Assembly (NCBI GenBank): GCA_030248215.1
Contig: JASANG010003752.1
Location: forward strand, 682,001 to 746,000
Length of the DNA stretch: 64,000 bases
Direction of reading: 5' to 3'
Source: Enoplolaimus lenunculus
Lineage: Eukaryota
Shown: positions 25,231-36,696 of the stretch, piece by piece
Numbering within the stretch: position 1 is the first letter of the stretch
Layout of the letters: every line of letters starts with the position of its first letter
The notes under the pieces: model-generated
What the model saw: only the letters and a program-made list of their open reading frames with translations
Database searches by the model: none
Told to the model about the DNA's origin: nothing
Translations under genes and position numbers: made by a program

Positions 25231-28200
25231 CAAGGATACGTTACTTTAAACCATTAATGCTTAACAGTTTAAGCAGAGTTAATATATTTAATTTTAGTGT
25301 TTTATTAACATTTATATTGTATTATTTTCTTTCGTTAAGTTTAAACTCGTGCCGTTTTTTGCATTGTTACCACGATAAATGATTGGAAGGTTAATGTACA
25401 TAACTGTTATGTTTGAACATTGTTCAATGTGTTATCGTTAATATATTATATCAGTTGAATTTGGCCAGAGTTGATCTCAACCAGTTGATTTTTTGTGCAT
25501 ATAATATGGTGTATGGCAAGTAAATAAACTTACTTAAGCATGACATTTCACAATTTAGTAATCGAAATATTAATTCGAAATCGGTTAAACACTGGAAATA
25601 TATGTAATAGTCCTTGGCCTAGGAACGATGTTTTCAAGGGGTGTCGAATGGATTTAATGCTTTACGGAATTTGAAATTCAATAGAATGTGTTATTCTTAT
25701 ATATACATATATATACATATATATATATAATATATAAATATATAATATATAATATATATGTTTTCTAAGATTTGGAAATTCATTCAAAGTTTTTATCGAG
25801 ACAGAGCTTAAATAAATGTATATTTATTTTACAGAGATGTCGACTGATACTCCAATTTAATACCGCTTACCTGACCAATACGTGCTAAATTGCCGGCATT
25901 ATCAGATAAAATTACTTTTTAGTTTCAACAGATGCGTCAAAGTGCCGTTTAGGAAATCCATTGTTCATTGTGATTTTACTTGTCAGCCTAGTGTTTTAGT
26001 ATGGGGTTTATTTGCGTGCGCAGATAACAACAGTATTTACATGTCTTTCTGTCGGGTTTTGCGCATACATTGTTGACATTATACGCCGTTCTTGTGACGG
26101 TTTAAAATAATTTTTGTTGTTGTTTTGTTTTTTGTACTAAATAAAAGTACATGCGCAGCATTTGGCGTAAATGCTGCCCGTAGCGAAAGCCAGACGGAAC
26201 CAGGATACGCGGTTCCCACGTGGCAAATGTTAGTACCAGCTTATTGAAACGTTTCAACACGGATTGTAAAGTCATGTCAAATATTTGCATGCCTCTCCTG
26301 GAAATTTTTTAGCCCGCACAGCGTGTGGAGCTGGCTGCGAGTTTGCCTTTGCGGAGTTAACGCTATAACTGGCGCAGCCCGGAACACGTTTTGTGCACGC
26401 TGATTAGACATCAACAAAATGTAATCTGAATAGCGGTTGTGTAGGCAAAATATTAATGTCATATGACATTTGCCTGCAAATCCCTGATGTCGAGTAGTCA
26501 TTGTATGCAAACAGCCATATGTCACATAGTTTCACGGGATATTTGTGCGAATATCATATGATATTGTGAAGTTATACCGAATATCAGAACGAGAACAATT
26601 CGAATTGTGCCCACTAATAATGTAAATGAAAACACAGATAATGTAGCTTTATGTTATTTCGAATACTAAATTTGCTTCTATTTTTCTGTTTCTGGCGGGA
26701 AATTTGTCTAAATATATTCCTAAGTCCAAATAATTCAAACTTCAAATTTAAGTATCATATGATATTTTAAAGGACATTCAGGCCAGTTTACCACAACATT
26801 GCAGACATTTTCAAACATGTCATATGATATTGATATAAGTCTAAAAGTTCCGCGGCCGCCTACCCTCGGCAACTTTTGACCTATGATGGAAAAATTTAAC
26901 AGCTCTTATGCGGTTTTGCAGCATCCCGTGACTGGGGTAGGTAAGTCCGAAAGTCACCAACACGAGAGGGTTACGAGGATTCCAACATGAGTGAAATGTC
27001 TTCCGGCCTGAGCTATATCGCCACCCATGTACGTTCCGAACTGAGCAACTTCACCCAGCCTAAGAGCAACTAACCGAAACGGCTAAGTTCAGCCAACGAC
27101 TCCAAGCCTAAGCGTAGCCGTAAGCCGCCAATGCTCGGAATCACACATGCGCAACGATACAACCAGGCCGTCCCAACGGCGGATGGAATCTGACTAGATG
27201 GGCACTTGTCACTAATCTAAGTGACAGCAGGTAAAATTAGGTAACAGCGAGCAAACCAGACTTTGCGAGCTATTGAGAAATTTCGGCTCGCATTGATCAT
27301 TAATCCTTTGCTCAATATCGCAAATTTTTGATAAAATGCGTACGCTGTGCGAATTCTACTCAATATCAATATTAACACACCCCTTATCAACTAAATAAAA
27401 TTTCGCATACTATTTTCTTTTGACTGCGGGCTACTCTCCAAATGATAAAAACGCACTTAATACTTAACTAGCACCAATTCAATTCAAGACTAAAACATGT
27501 ACACCACATTGCTTATGCATGCTAAGCAATACGTGCGCACGACCCGCGGGTGACTAGACTTACACTGTGGAAGCTCAGAAAAAGGCGGGTCGACCCAGCA
27601 GAGATACAAGGAAAGCGAGACCTGAAAGGTAAGAACAAGACTGAGAGGCAGAGTACAGACTAGTCTGAAATGAGTTGGTGCAACCTAATGTGTGCGATAA
27701 ATACTATGTATAGAGGGAGCTAGGCTTAGGTCTCCACCATACGGGTGGATTGCTTAAGCCTAAGCGTCGCAGAGCGGGAAACTGGCTGACAACTAGTACA
27801 ACTCTCAGAGGCTTGAAACTTTATTAGCACTAAATACTTGAAAACTAACGAAAAACACCTAGTAAACGCAATGAACAGTTAACATGCTAACACTGTATCC
27901 AGCACTCGAAAATGGCATTACCCTTTTTGCGTCGTCCTCTGCGTTTTGTAATTGCATTGCCTCCAATTCCGCCTCGACCTCCGGTGTCAGGTGAGAAGCT
28001 ACCCACCTGGCGTCAGAGGTCGAGGGTTGGAATTCTGGCGAAAGTCCCGTCCACAGCGGTGACTCTGCCGTTGACCAGCCACACCAATCTATTCCCGTGG
28101 CCCACGACCAGCTTGATTGCAGCGGCATAGCGTTTGTACACCTTTGAAACCTATGCATCTCCTTAACCTATACGCTAAACTACTAAATCGGCGCTCGAAC

Positions 28201-29753
28201 CCGGGAATTAGATTGAGGTGACTTTTGCCCAAAATCACGCAAAACAATATACAAGAACCTCTGAACAAAACTATAACCACGTATACATTATCCGACACAC
28301 GTAACTCTATTTTCGACTAATTGTCCTTCTCTATTGGCAGAGTCACACCTTCAATACTCAAAAAGTTCGGTTATTTTGCATAACCGGTTATTCTTGATAA
28401 TTCACCGAAATCCAACGCTTAAATTTCAAAAATCTCCTGCTCGCAATTTCTCCTCGAACATTACAACGCATGAAAATACACCAATTACACGTAATCTTTT
28501 TAAACATGTTACTATCCGCAATCAAAGCCAACACGCAAGTAACCCTTATTCAGTAGCTAGCTATCTAGATATATTTTCAATTCATTTCTGAAATTTCATA
28601 TAGGTTTTCGTAGATGTGGAATTCAGAAATTTAAACAAAATATAGCATTTTCTACACGTTTCTATCAAATTCGGCACCTTTCACAACCTTTTACAAAGTT
28701 TTCCACCATATACATCTCAATTAAGCCAAATTCAGATCAAAACAGTTTTCCGTAAAATTCATGTTTTTTACAACAACCAATCCAGACCTGAAAACATTTA
28801 TATCCAGCTCAAATTCGTTAAATATGAATAGTTTGCAACTCTTTTTAAGCAGATTTTTAATCTGTGCACATACCCACGCAGCAACTCTCCAGGGCACCGA
28901 CACTTCAAGGGCTGCTCTTTCCAGCTCAGAACCTTCCGAACCAAGGCTGTGCCTGCCGACACCAGCCCGTTCGGGGTCTCTCCGCCAAGATGTTTACTCG
29001 AAAATTTCTGTGCAGCCCGAAAGCTCACACATTCGCACCAGAAATGTGATCCCAGCTACTATAGCCTAACTTCTACTGAAATTCAGAGGCGCTGGGTGCG
29101 GTGACATCTGTACAATTGAGGACAATATTTCGAATATCTTATGATGTGGCAGTACAAACAGTGTATACATGTCACATCAGGATTACAGACAATTCAAATT
29201 TTTTGGATTTGATTGCGGATCAATGTGCAGAAAAATGTTACCCGCAATTGTAATAGGGACAAAACATGTTCCGTGTTGCCCCAAGTATAACGTGATCCCC
29301 GCATTAATCCCCTACACATTTGTGTTAAAAATTTCGTTCCATTCGTTTGACATAACGCACGAGCATTCGTTCGAGCGGTGTTAGGCATAAATAAATATGC
29401 AATAACTAGTTGCCTGACAACTTGTTGACGTACAGCAGTCGAAGTCTAAGCCTAACCTTAAATGCTAAGCCTAAACATACGAACGGTGGGCAACAAATTG
29501 ATGGATTTAGAAGATATCAGATTACCATTTCAGGTAAAAGTTTTAGAATCGAAATCTAACTAATATTTAAAATATTAAATTGATGATGTCGCAATGGTTT
29601 TCGCTTTTTTTGTGTTAAGCAGTTACTCACTATCTGCACCTTTATTATTTAGAGCGACCGTTTCTCCACGCATTCTTAAAAAACGTTTCGAACCAGAATT
29701 TCCAAACTAATTTTTTAAAGTTTAAACATACTAAGTAAGATTTTTTTCATTAA

Positions 29754-30018
29754 CCATTTCTACACATAAATATTTTCAATTTCATACGAGATGTAATTTC
29801 AAGGTAAGATTCGATCCCCAGTCTCACGGGTGGGCGACGTTTACGATGACCACTGAGCTATAGGAGCTTGACGCTCGAGCCCGTGTAGGCTTTCACGTCT
29901 TGTGACGATTTTACACTGCGCATATATGTTATAAATCTTAAACACTGATCACAGTGTGTGTATTGCTCGTACATTATTTTATTTAGTTGCTTTACAATAT
30001 ACTCTATGAGTGAAAGGG
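29754..30018 (-). mobile_element. Second copy of the piggyBac-like tRNA-cassette MITE, opposite orientation
   Basis: TTAA at 29750-29753 and 30019-30022 with ends ccatttctacacat / atgagtgaaaggg. The reverse complement contains cgggctcgagcgtcaagctcctatagctcagtgg...gggatcgaatc, shared with the 57840 copy. Confidence 0.7.
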
Positions 30019-30177
30019 TTAAATTAAAGTACAAAGTTTTAGTTTTTCGTGAAAAACTGATTCTATTCTATATCCAACAGGCGACATTCTAAAATATTTT
30101 GCTTAATTTTAAGCAGTGCCCGGGTTTAACAATTACAGTTAATTTATACGTCTTGTAAAAATGTGACTTAATACAAG

Positions 30178-33100
30178 ATGGGCTGCAGATGTAACTGGTT
30201 CAGGCTAACAGTGGTTATTATAGTATTTGTACTGCTGTTGAGCAATGGTAACTCCGATATGATGCTGAATATTACCCTGATAGACTTCAATATGATACGC
30301 TGTGACTGTTTAACTTACATTGATCAATTAAAAATTAATTTGTCTTACACGCTACAATATAACCACCCGTCGGCTCCAACTGTTCTTTGGGAAGGGAATG
30401 TAGAACTGTATAAAGATTCGAATACATTCTCAACTAACATTAATCGAACGGCAACCAACATTAAAATTCCGACAAATGAAGATATAGCAGTTTTTCGAGC
30501 AAAGATAAATGCATCAAATGACAGTACGTCATGCAGTCGAATATCAAAGTATTTTAACTCATGCGTCGTTTACTTTAACTCGTGTACGCGGTGTGGAGAA
30601 ATGCACGAGGTATAGACGACGACTTTTACTATTTCAAAATCAGCAAGTAGCGCTGGTTAAATTTTATATATTTTTAAATTTAAAAATTCACACCACAACT
30701 TCTTAAAAATTTCAAACGACAACACCTATGCCTTTCGAATTCGAGTAACTGTCGTTACTAAAGCTTAGAAGTAACATCAATAAGCAAGCGTCTATACCTC
30801 GTGCATTTCTCCACACCGCGTACACGAGTTAAAGTAAACGACGCATTAGGATGAGAGACGCTGTACTTGACGTACGGCGACGTCCCGGCTGGCACCGCAT
30901 GTCAAAAAATTTTTTTGTTTACAAATTCATATGATGTGCCATACGTCAATCAATACACGTGCGTTGTGGTATGGTGTTGTTCAGTGACCACGCGGTACCA
31001 GACGGTCACGGACGGCACCGGACGGCACCGAACGGAGATGGATGAGACGGTGACGGACGGCACCGCACAGGGACGGACAGGACGGAGACAGACGGCACCG
31101 GACGTTATCAAAAGTATAGCGCCGCACTTACTCGTAAACTCAAGCAGAGCATAAAATGCGTTGTACATATGTTTAAGCATTGCTTGGTTCCGTTATGTTT
31201 CTTAGCCGGTGTGTTTCTGAAACGGTCCTATTTTTTTTAAAAAACTATAGATTTTAAATTTTCGCATTTTTCACAGCACAGTTACAAAAAATTTCGTCCA
31301 ATTTTACAAATATTGAAATGCATTTTCGGTAAATATTTGAGTTTCTTCATTGAAAGCTAACAGAAGGTGCACATGTCAATTGGCATCGTTTCGATGGTCG
31401 AACTGACCAATCAAAGGTGAAATTAAACTTTTCAGTATATTTTTTTGCCAAAATAATCAAATTTTGCACAGAACAACTAGCAAATTGAGTGATTTTTAGC
31501 TGCGCTGTACTAATCCTGTATCGCACTGAAACAGTTTGTTGCAGCGAACGACTGACCATTTGGGCAAATGTTCGATGGGTTTGTTGAATTTTGGGCCACT
31601 CTCAACAAAACGAAAATATTTAATTATTTTGCAAATGGTTAGCGCCAGCATTTGGCCATATTACATCAAAATGCCAATGTCACAGGGTCAGTTCAGCCCT
31701 GCGGCCACGGCACTGGTCAATGCATCGCACAACAAAATAGAAAATTAAAGCTGGTGTACGCAAGTTATTGCGGATTCTGCATACAGCTTGTTTTGAGCTC
31801 TTTATACTTTAGACGAAACGTGCGCATCAAACGGTGAAGCCTTCATTAATTTAACTGAAGTCAACAATGCAGAGACATCCCAAACAGTTCCGTTTAACCG
31901 AGGTATGACGTGGCTGACGTTTGAAGTTCAAACCGAATGCGATAAATACTACTACGGCGAAGAATGTAGTATTTTTTGCGAACCAGGAAGCCAAGAAGGT
32001 GGACACTATCGATGTGGTTCAGATGGACAAATCATTTGCGATCAATATTATTACACGCCGAAAAGTTATTGTCGAATATTTTGCAAACAGGCGAACAATA
32101 GCAAAGGTAAAACCCTCTGTTAGGCTTGTGTGAAGTTTTGGCCAGTACATAGAATAAGGTGGTAACTGTAGTATAAGCGAAAACTAAAGGTGTTCCCTTC
32201 GACGTCTGTTTGATTGTGTAAGCGAACGAAAATATTGTCGTTAACTTTGCGGATGTTTGAAATTGACAGAAAAGTTACTATTGCACCAGTCGTAGTGGGA
32301 CTACATTTATTGAGCGAAGCTCGAACGTACGCAAGCAATTAAGGTAGTATGCAAATTAGTTATTAGCTAACTATTCATTTATCGGTTTTGGAGGTTTGTA
32401 AGCAATTTCCTAAGATTCCTCGCACCCAAGAACCCTTCAGCCACCCTAATAATTATTGAAGTCATTTTAAAAGTCATAATTTTTTCTCGTCAATTAAGCT
32501 AATATGCAAATTAGCTATTAGCTAACTTTTCAATTATCGGTTTTGGATGTTTGTAAACTATTTATTCAAACTCCTCGCACCTAAAAACCCTTTAGTGCTG
32601 AAATTATATTGCTTTTATCCTTAATAATTAGTTAAATATTGTAAAAAGTTCTAATTTAGGGTTATAAACTATGCTAATATGCAAATTATCTATTGGCTAA
32701 CTGCTCAATAATCGGTTCTGGAGGTTTGTAAACAGTCTACGCAGATTCCTCGCACCCAAAAACCCTTTAATGCTAAAATTAGATTGCTTCTAACTGTAAT
32801 AATTAGTGCAATTTTGTGGAAAGTCCTAGTTTAGGCGTAATTAACTATGCAAATTAGCCTGTAGCTAATAAACGGCTTAAAATTTTAAAACCCCAATGCG
32901 AAGTTAACACCCCAGGATAATTGGCTTTCAAACAAAAAAGTGTATCAAAATCGGTTCAGCCGTTCCTGAGATTCGTTTCGGACGGACAGACGGACAGACG
33001 GACGGACGGACATCCACCTTTCGACCCCGAAGTACAAAACATAAAACGCTTCGCGAAACTCCGAGCTTCGCTCTTGAGTTTCGCTTCGCTCAATAAAAAA

Positions 33101-36100
33101 TTTTGACACAATTTTATGATGTTATGTGTATCGACTTGACTTTGTACTGCTACGTTTTACCTGTTTGCTGGAAATGAATTTAATATTCAGATTCATTGAA
33201 AATATACATTAAAACCCGCTGTTATTTTCCAATAATTTAATTCGAAATTGTTGTATTAATAAATATCCGGTTACAGACCGAATTTGGTAATTAGACACAA
33301 CAATCAATACAAGCCCGTAGCCAGCCAGGTCACGTTTCTAGAAGGGTGTCTAAAAATATTCACGAGAAGCGTACAAAAGTTTTCGACGACTTGCAAGCAA
33401 GGTTGAACATTATCTAATTGGTGGCAAAATTTTTCCAGCCGATGCTGACTTTTCCGGTTATCCCTTCGCTACGGGCTCAAACCAAACTGTTTCGCGAGTA
33501 TGATACTTGGTACTAGTTCTTTAATTGCTTGAAAAATTTAGGGTACACGAAACGCTTTCAACGCTGCGTTCCTTGTGATGCGTTCAAATTGGTATATTTA
33601 AATAGAATGCGCGTCAAAATAAATGAAATTTAACCAAATTCAGTAATTTTCTACGCTGAACAATAATTATATTGTTTTTGTTCACTTTCAGACGGTCATT
33701 ACGTATGTGATGCAACCGGAACGAAAAACTGTTTGCCGAATTATTATGATCGAACGAAAAATTGCACTGTATTTTGCGTACCGACCGCACAGTATCGATG
33801 TGACGATAATACCGGTGAACATCGATGTTATGCAGCAATACCTGATTGTTCAGGGATTTGCATACCAGACAGCGATGCGCCGTATCATTGCGTCAATCGT
33901 TCGGTTGTATGCAATCCAGGTTATTACAATCCACCTCACTGTGATGTGTACTGTGTTAATCCTGAAACCGATTCGCGTCAACATTATACGTAAGTGAGCC
34001 TTTTACGGCGATGCTATACATTAATCGCGCAGTAGCACATTCAGTTACGAATTTAGAAAGATCTGACATAACGCCATGCGATATATCATAGTAAAAAAAC
34101 GTAGTAAGCGATGCGAGTTAGAAGTCAAACGTAATTTTAGGAACTAAATCGAAGTACAACATTTTGGTTTTGAGCCCTGCTGCGAGCGTTGTAAGTTAAA
34201 AAAATAATTTGCAAATTGGTATACAGTGTCATCTGGCACAAGGTATAGAGCCACACTTCATAAAGGCACATTGATTGCTATTAAATTCACTGACGTATGT
34301 TTTGAAAAAACCCTGGAAAAATAATGGTACTTAAAGCAATCCAGCAGTGATATTGGCTTCAGCGTCCATTATACTACCCCGTCATTAATTACCTAGTGTA
34401 CGCATAATATTGTGGAAGTTGCATTATAACTCAGCGATGATGGTTCAAGCATGCCATCCGAGAGTCCGGTGTTCGAATCCTAATCTTAAATTGGGGCCCA
34501 AATTCTCAAATGCGTGTAGCACTTATCATCAATTAGCGATTGGTTTTCAAACTTGCGAACATCTGCAGTTGCAGATCTCAAAATTGGTGCAGAAGTTGAC
34601 CAAATCAAACGCGAACAATGTGCTCAATTTCGAACCTCACCATAAATATTCATGTAGGCACCAGTAAAACCTCCTCAAATGAATCTTTCACATTTTTTCA
34701 GTTATTTAGGTGTAACAGTAACGGATCTAAAATATGCGACACTGGCTATACGGGACCGGTGTGCAATTGCTCAGAGCCGCACATCGACGATCACTACAAA
34801 TGCAATCCGGCAACCGGTGAAATGATATGCGATCCAGAATGGAGTGGCGAATTTTGTAACTGTGACACAAACGCATCGCATTCACAGTATCATTGTGACC
34901 GTAATACCGGAAACCGGATCTGTAATCTTGGTTATTATGGCCAAAATTGTACTATTCATTGCCGACCACCACGGCTACATCGTGATTTCTACGAATGTAA
35001 CCAAACAACCGGTAAAAAACAGTGTTTTCCCAACTTTTACGGTCCTGATTGTCAAATTTACTGCGTCGAAACCAAGTATTACACGTGCGATTCAGAATCT
35101 GGCACACATGTTTGTATTCGCGAAAATAGCTATGGTTCCAATTGTGACGTGATCTGTGTTCCTTCAAAACACAACGAATACATTTGTGACCCCAGGTCTG
35201 GTGCTAAAATTTGCAGTCAAAAATATGGTGGACCTGAATGCTCGCAACGTCTCTACTCAAAAGTATACTTCATTGCGTCGATCGCATTGGCGTTGGTTTT
35301 AGGTTTGGTTTTGGTTATTTTTATTATTGTCGCCGTCGTATTTTATGTATTTCGACGCAAACACTCTCGTCTACCGCATGGCGTTAATCGACCAATTTCA
35401 GTTTCGTTTCAATCTGATCGCGTTCGGCCAACTGTGTTTAATGAACGCGTTTCGGGCACTGAGTCGATATCTTCTCAGTCGAAGCTTATCATTGGTACGT
35501 TGAAGTTATCTTAGGTCCGGGGTCACATGCATGCGGATTTCCTAACGAGGATATATCGCGGTCCGAACTTACTGGGGAGACATGAAAAGCTAGTGTTATT
35601 AACAGTTTTTCTACAAAAAACCAAATCTGACACAAGCGTCTTAATCTCTAATGAATACATGAGAGTGTTGAATTGAGCCTGGGTTTTATACGTTACAAAT
35701 ATTCTACACTGTATTTCCAGTGAATTGATTTTAATTCAGAATAAAGTTGAATCACTGAGTTTGAATTTTGTCTTTTATAACTCAAAACTCTGACTTGATT
35801 AGGATCATTCTGAGTCAATTAATCAACTCACCCGGAATTAAATCTGCTCAGAGTGAGTTAATGTTCACTGCTGTTAATTTAGGAATAGCCAGAAATGACT
35901 AGTTCGTACTCTGATTTGATTAATCAACTCACTGGAACTTGCTAGTCAAGCAGTTTCCAAATTTTGCAACACTATACATATATTAATAATGAAATATACC
36001 TATTTTCTATGTGGCTATGGATTAGTTTGGATGCAACGCTGTTCTGTCTTTTGTTTATCTGAAAAATTTAACGCAAAAAATTGACTGAAGCTATGTTCAA

Positions 36101-36696
36101 ATTTCGTATCGTGAGCATTCAAGCTGACAGTTGTGAATAAATTCCAACCAATGAGCATAGTTTATCAACGAGGAAACCAGCGATCAATTTTATGACTTGT
36201 TAATCCTGAACAGCCGGCGCAACGCATCGAGTATTAAACATCACATTTATCATTTTCAGCAAACCCGTCGATGATGAATACAGGATCGTTCGTCAAAACC
36301 CGTCTTCCAAACGACACATTGCCTGCCGTTCCTCAACCACCAACAGGCCAAGTAGAGCCTCAAAATACGAATTCCCCGGTGACACAAGTCTCACTCGATG
36401 CGACGGATTTGAACGGAGCGTATTTGAATGGACATACAAGAATTGGCTGTATGAATTCCGAAACAAAATCAAACGATTCCAGTGTTTACGACGAAGTTGA
36501 ATTTCCAGTCCGTAAAAATAGCCTGCAAATCGCTGAAGGAAGCATTGAATTGATGATGCGAGATAAATCGCTCAATTCGATTAGTTTAGGAACAACAAAT
36601 CGCGAAAGTGATACGTCAGCCTATCACTGGAATGGACCACCTAGCCCGATAGGTGACCATTCAGCGACTTACACGAGTATGAAGCATTATAGTTAG
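30178..36696 (+). CDS. Delta/DSL-family type I membrane protein with 10 tandem DSL-like repeats (5 exons, ~719 aa)
   Basis: Exons 30178-30523, 31813-32106, 33692-33989, 34710-35494 and 36260-36696 (GT..AG, phases 1,1,2,1; 2160 nt). It has a signal peptide, a ~130-aa N-terminal domain, a DSL motif CDKYYYGEECSIFC...GHYRCGSDGQIIC that repeats, a TM helix VYFIASIALALVLGLVLVIFIIVAVVFYVF followed by RRK, and a ~190-aa cytoplasmic tail. Confidence 0.85.
30561..30846. mobile_element. Fold-back element with perfect 58-bp inverted repeats in DSL-gene intron 1
   Basis: 30561-30618 is the exact reverse complement of 30789-30846; no clear TSD. Confidence 0.8.
32307..33096. mobile_element. Helentron/HINE (DINE-1-like) non-autonomous element
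   Basis: 14-bp inverted ends ttattgagcgaagc/gcttcgctcaataa, about 3.5 internal tandem units of ~155-175 bp (atgcaaattag..attagctaact), and a (ggac/agac)n microsatellite near 32980-33010. Confidence 0.6.

Noticed and set aside
30524..30615. C-terminal 30 aa of the 145-aa ORF as a stand-alone secreted protein
   Set aside because: It reads through a donor at 30524 into a fold-back repeat; the phase matches the next exon at 31813.
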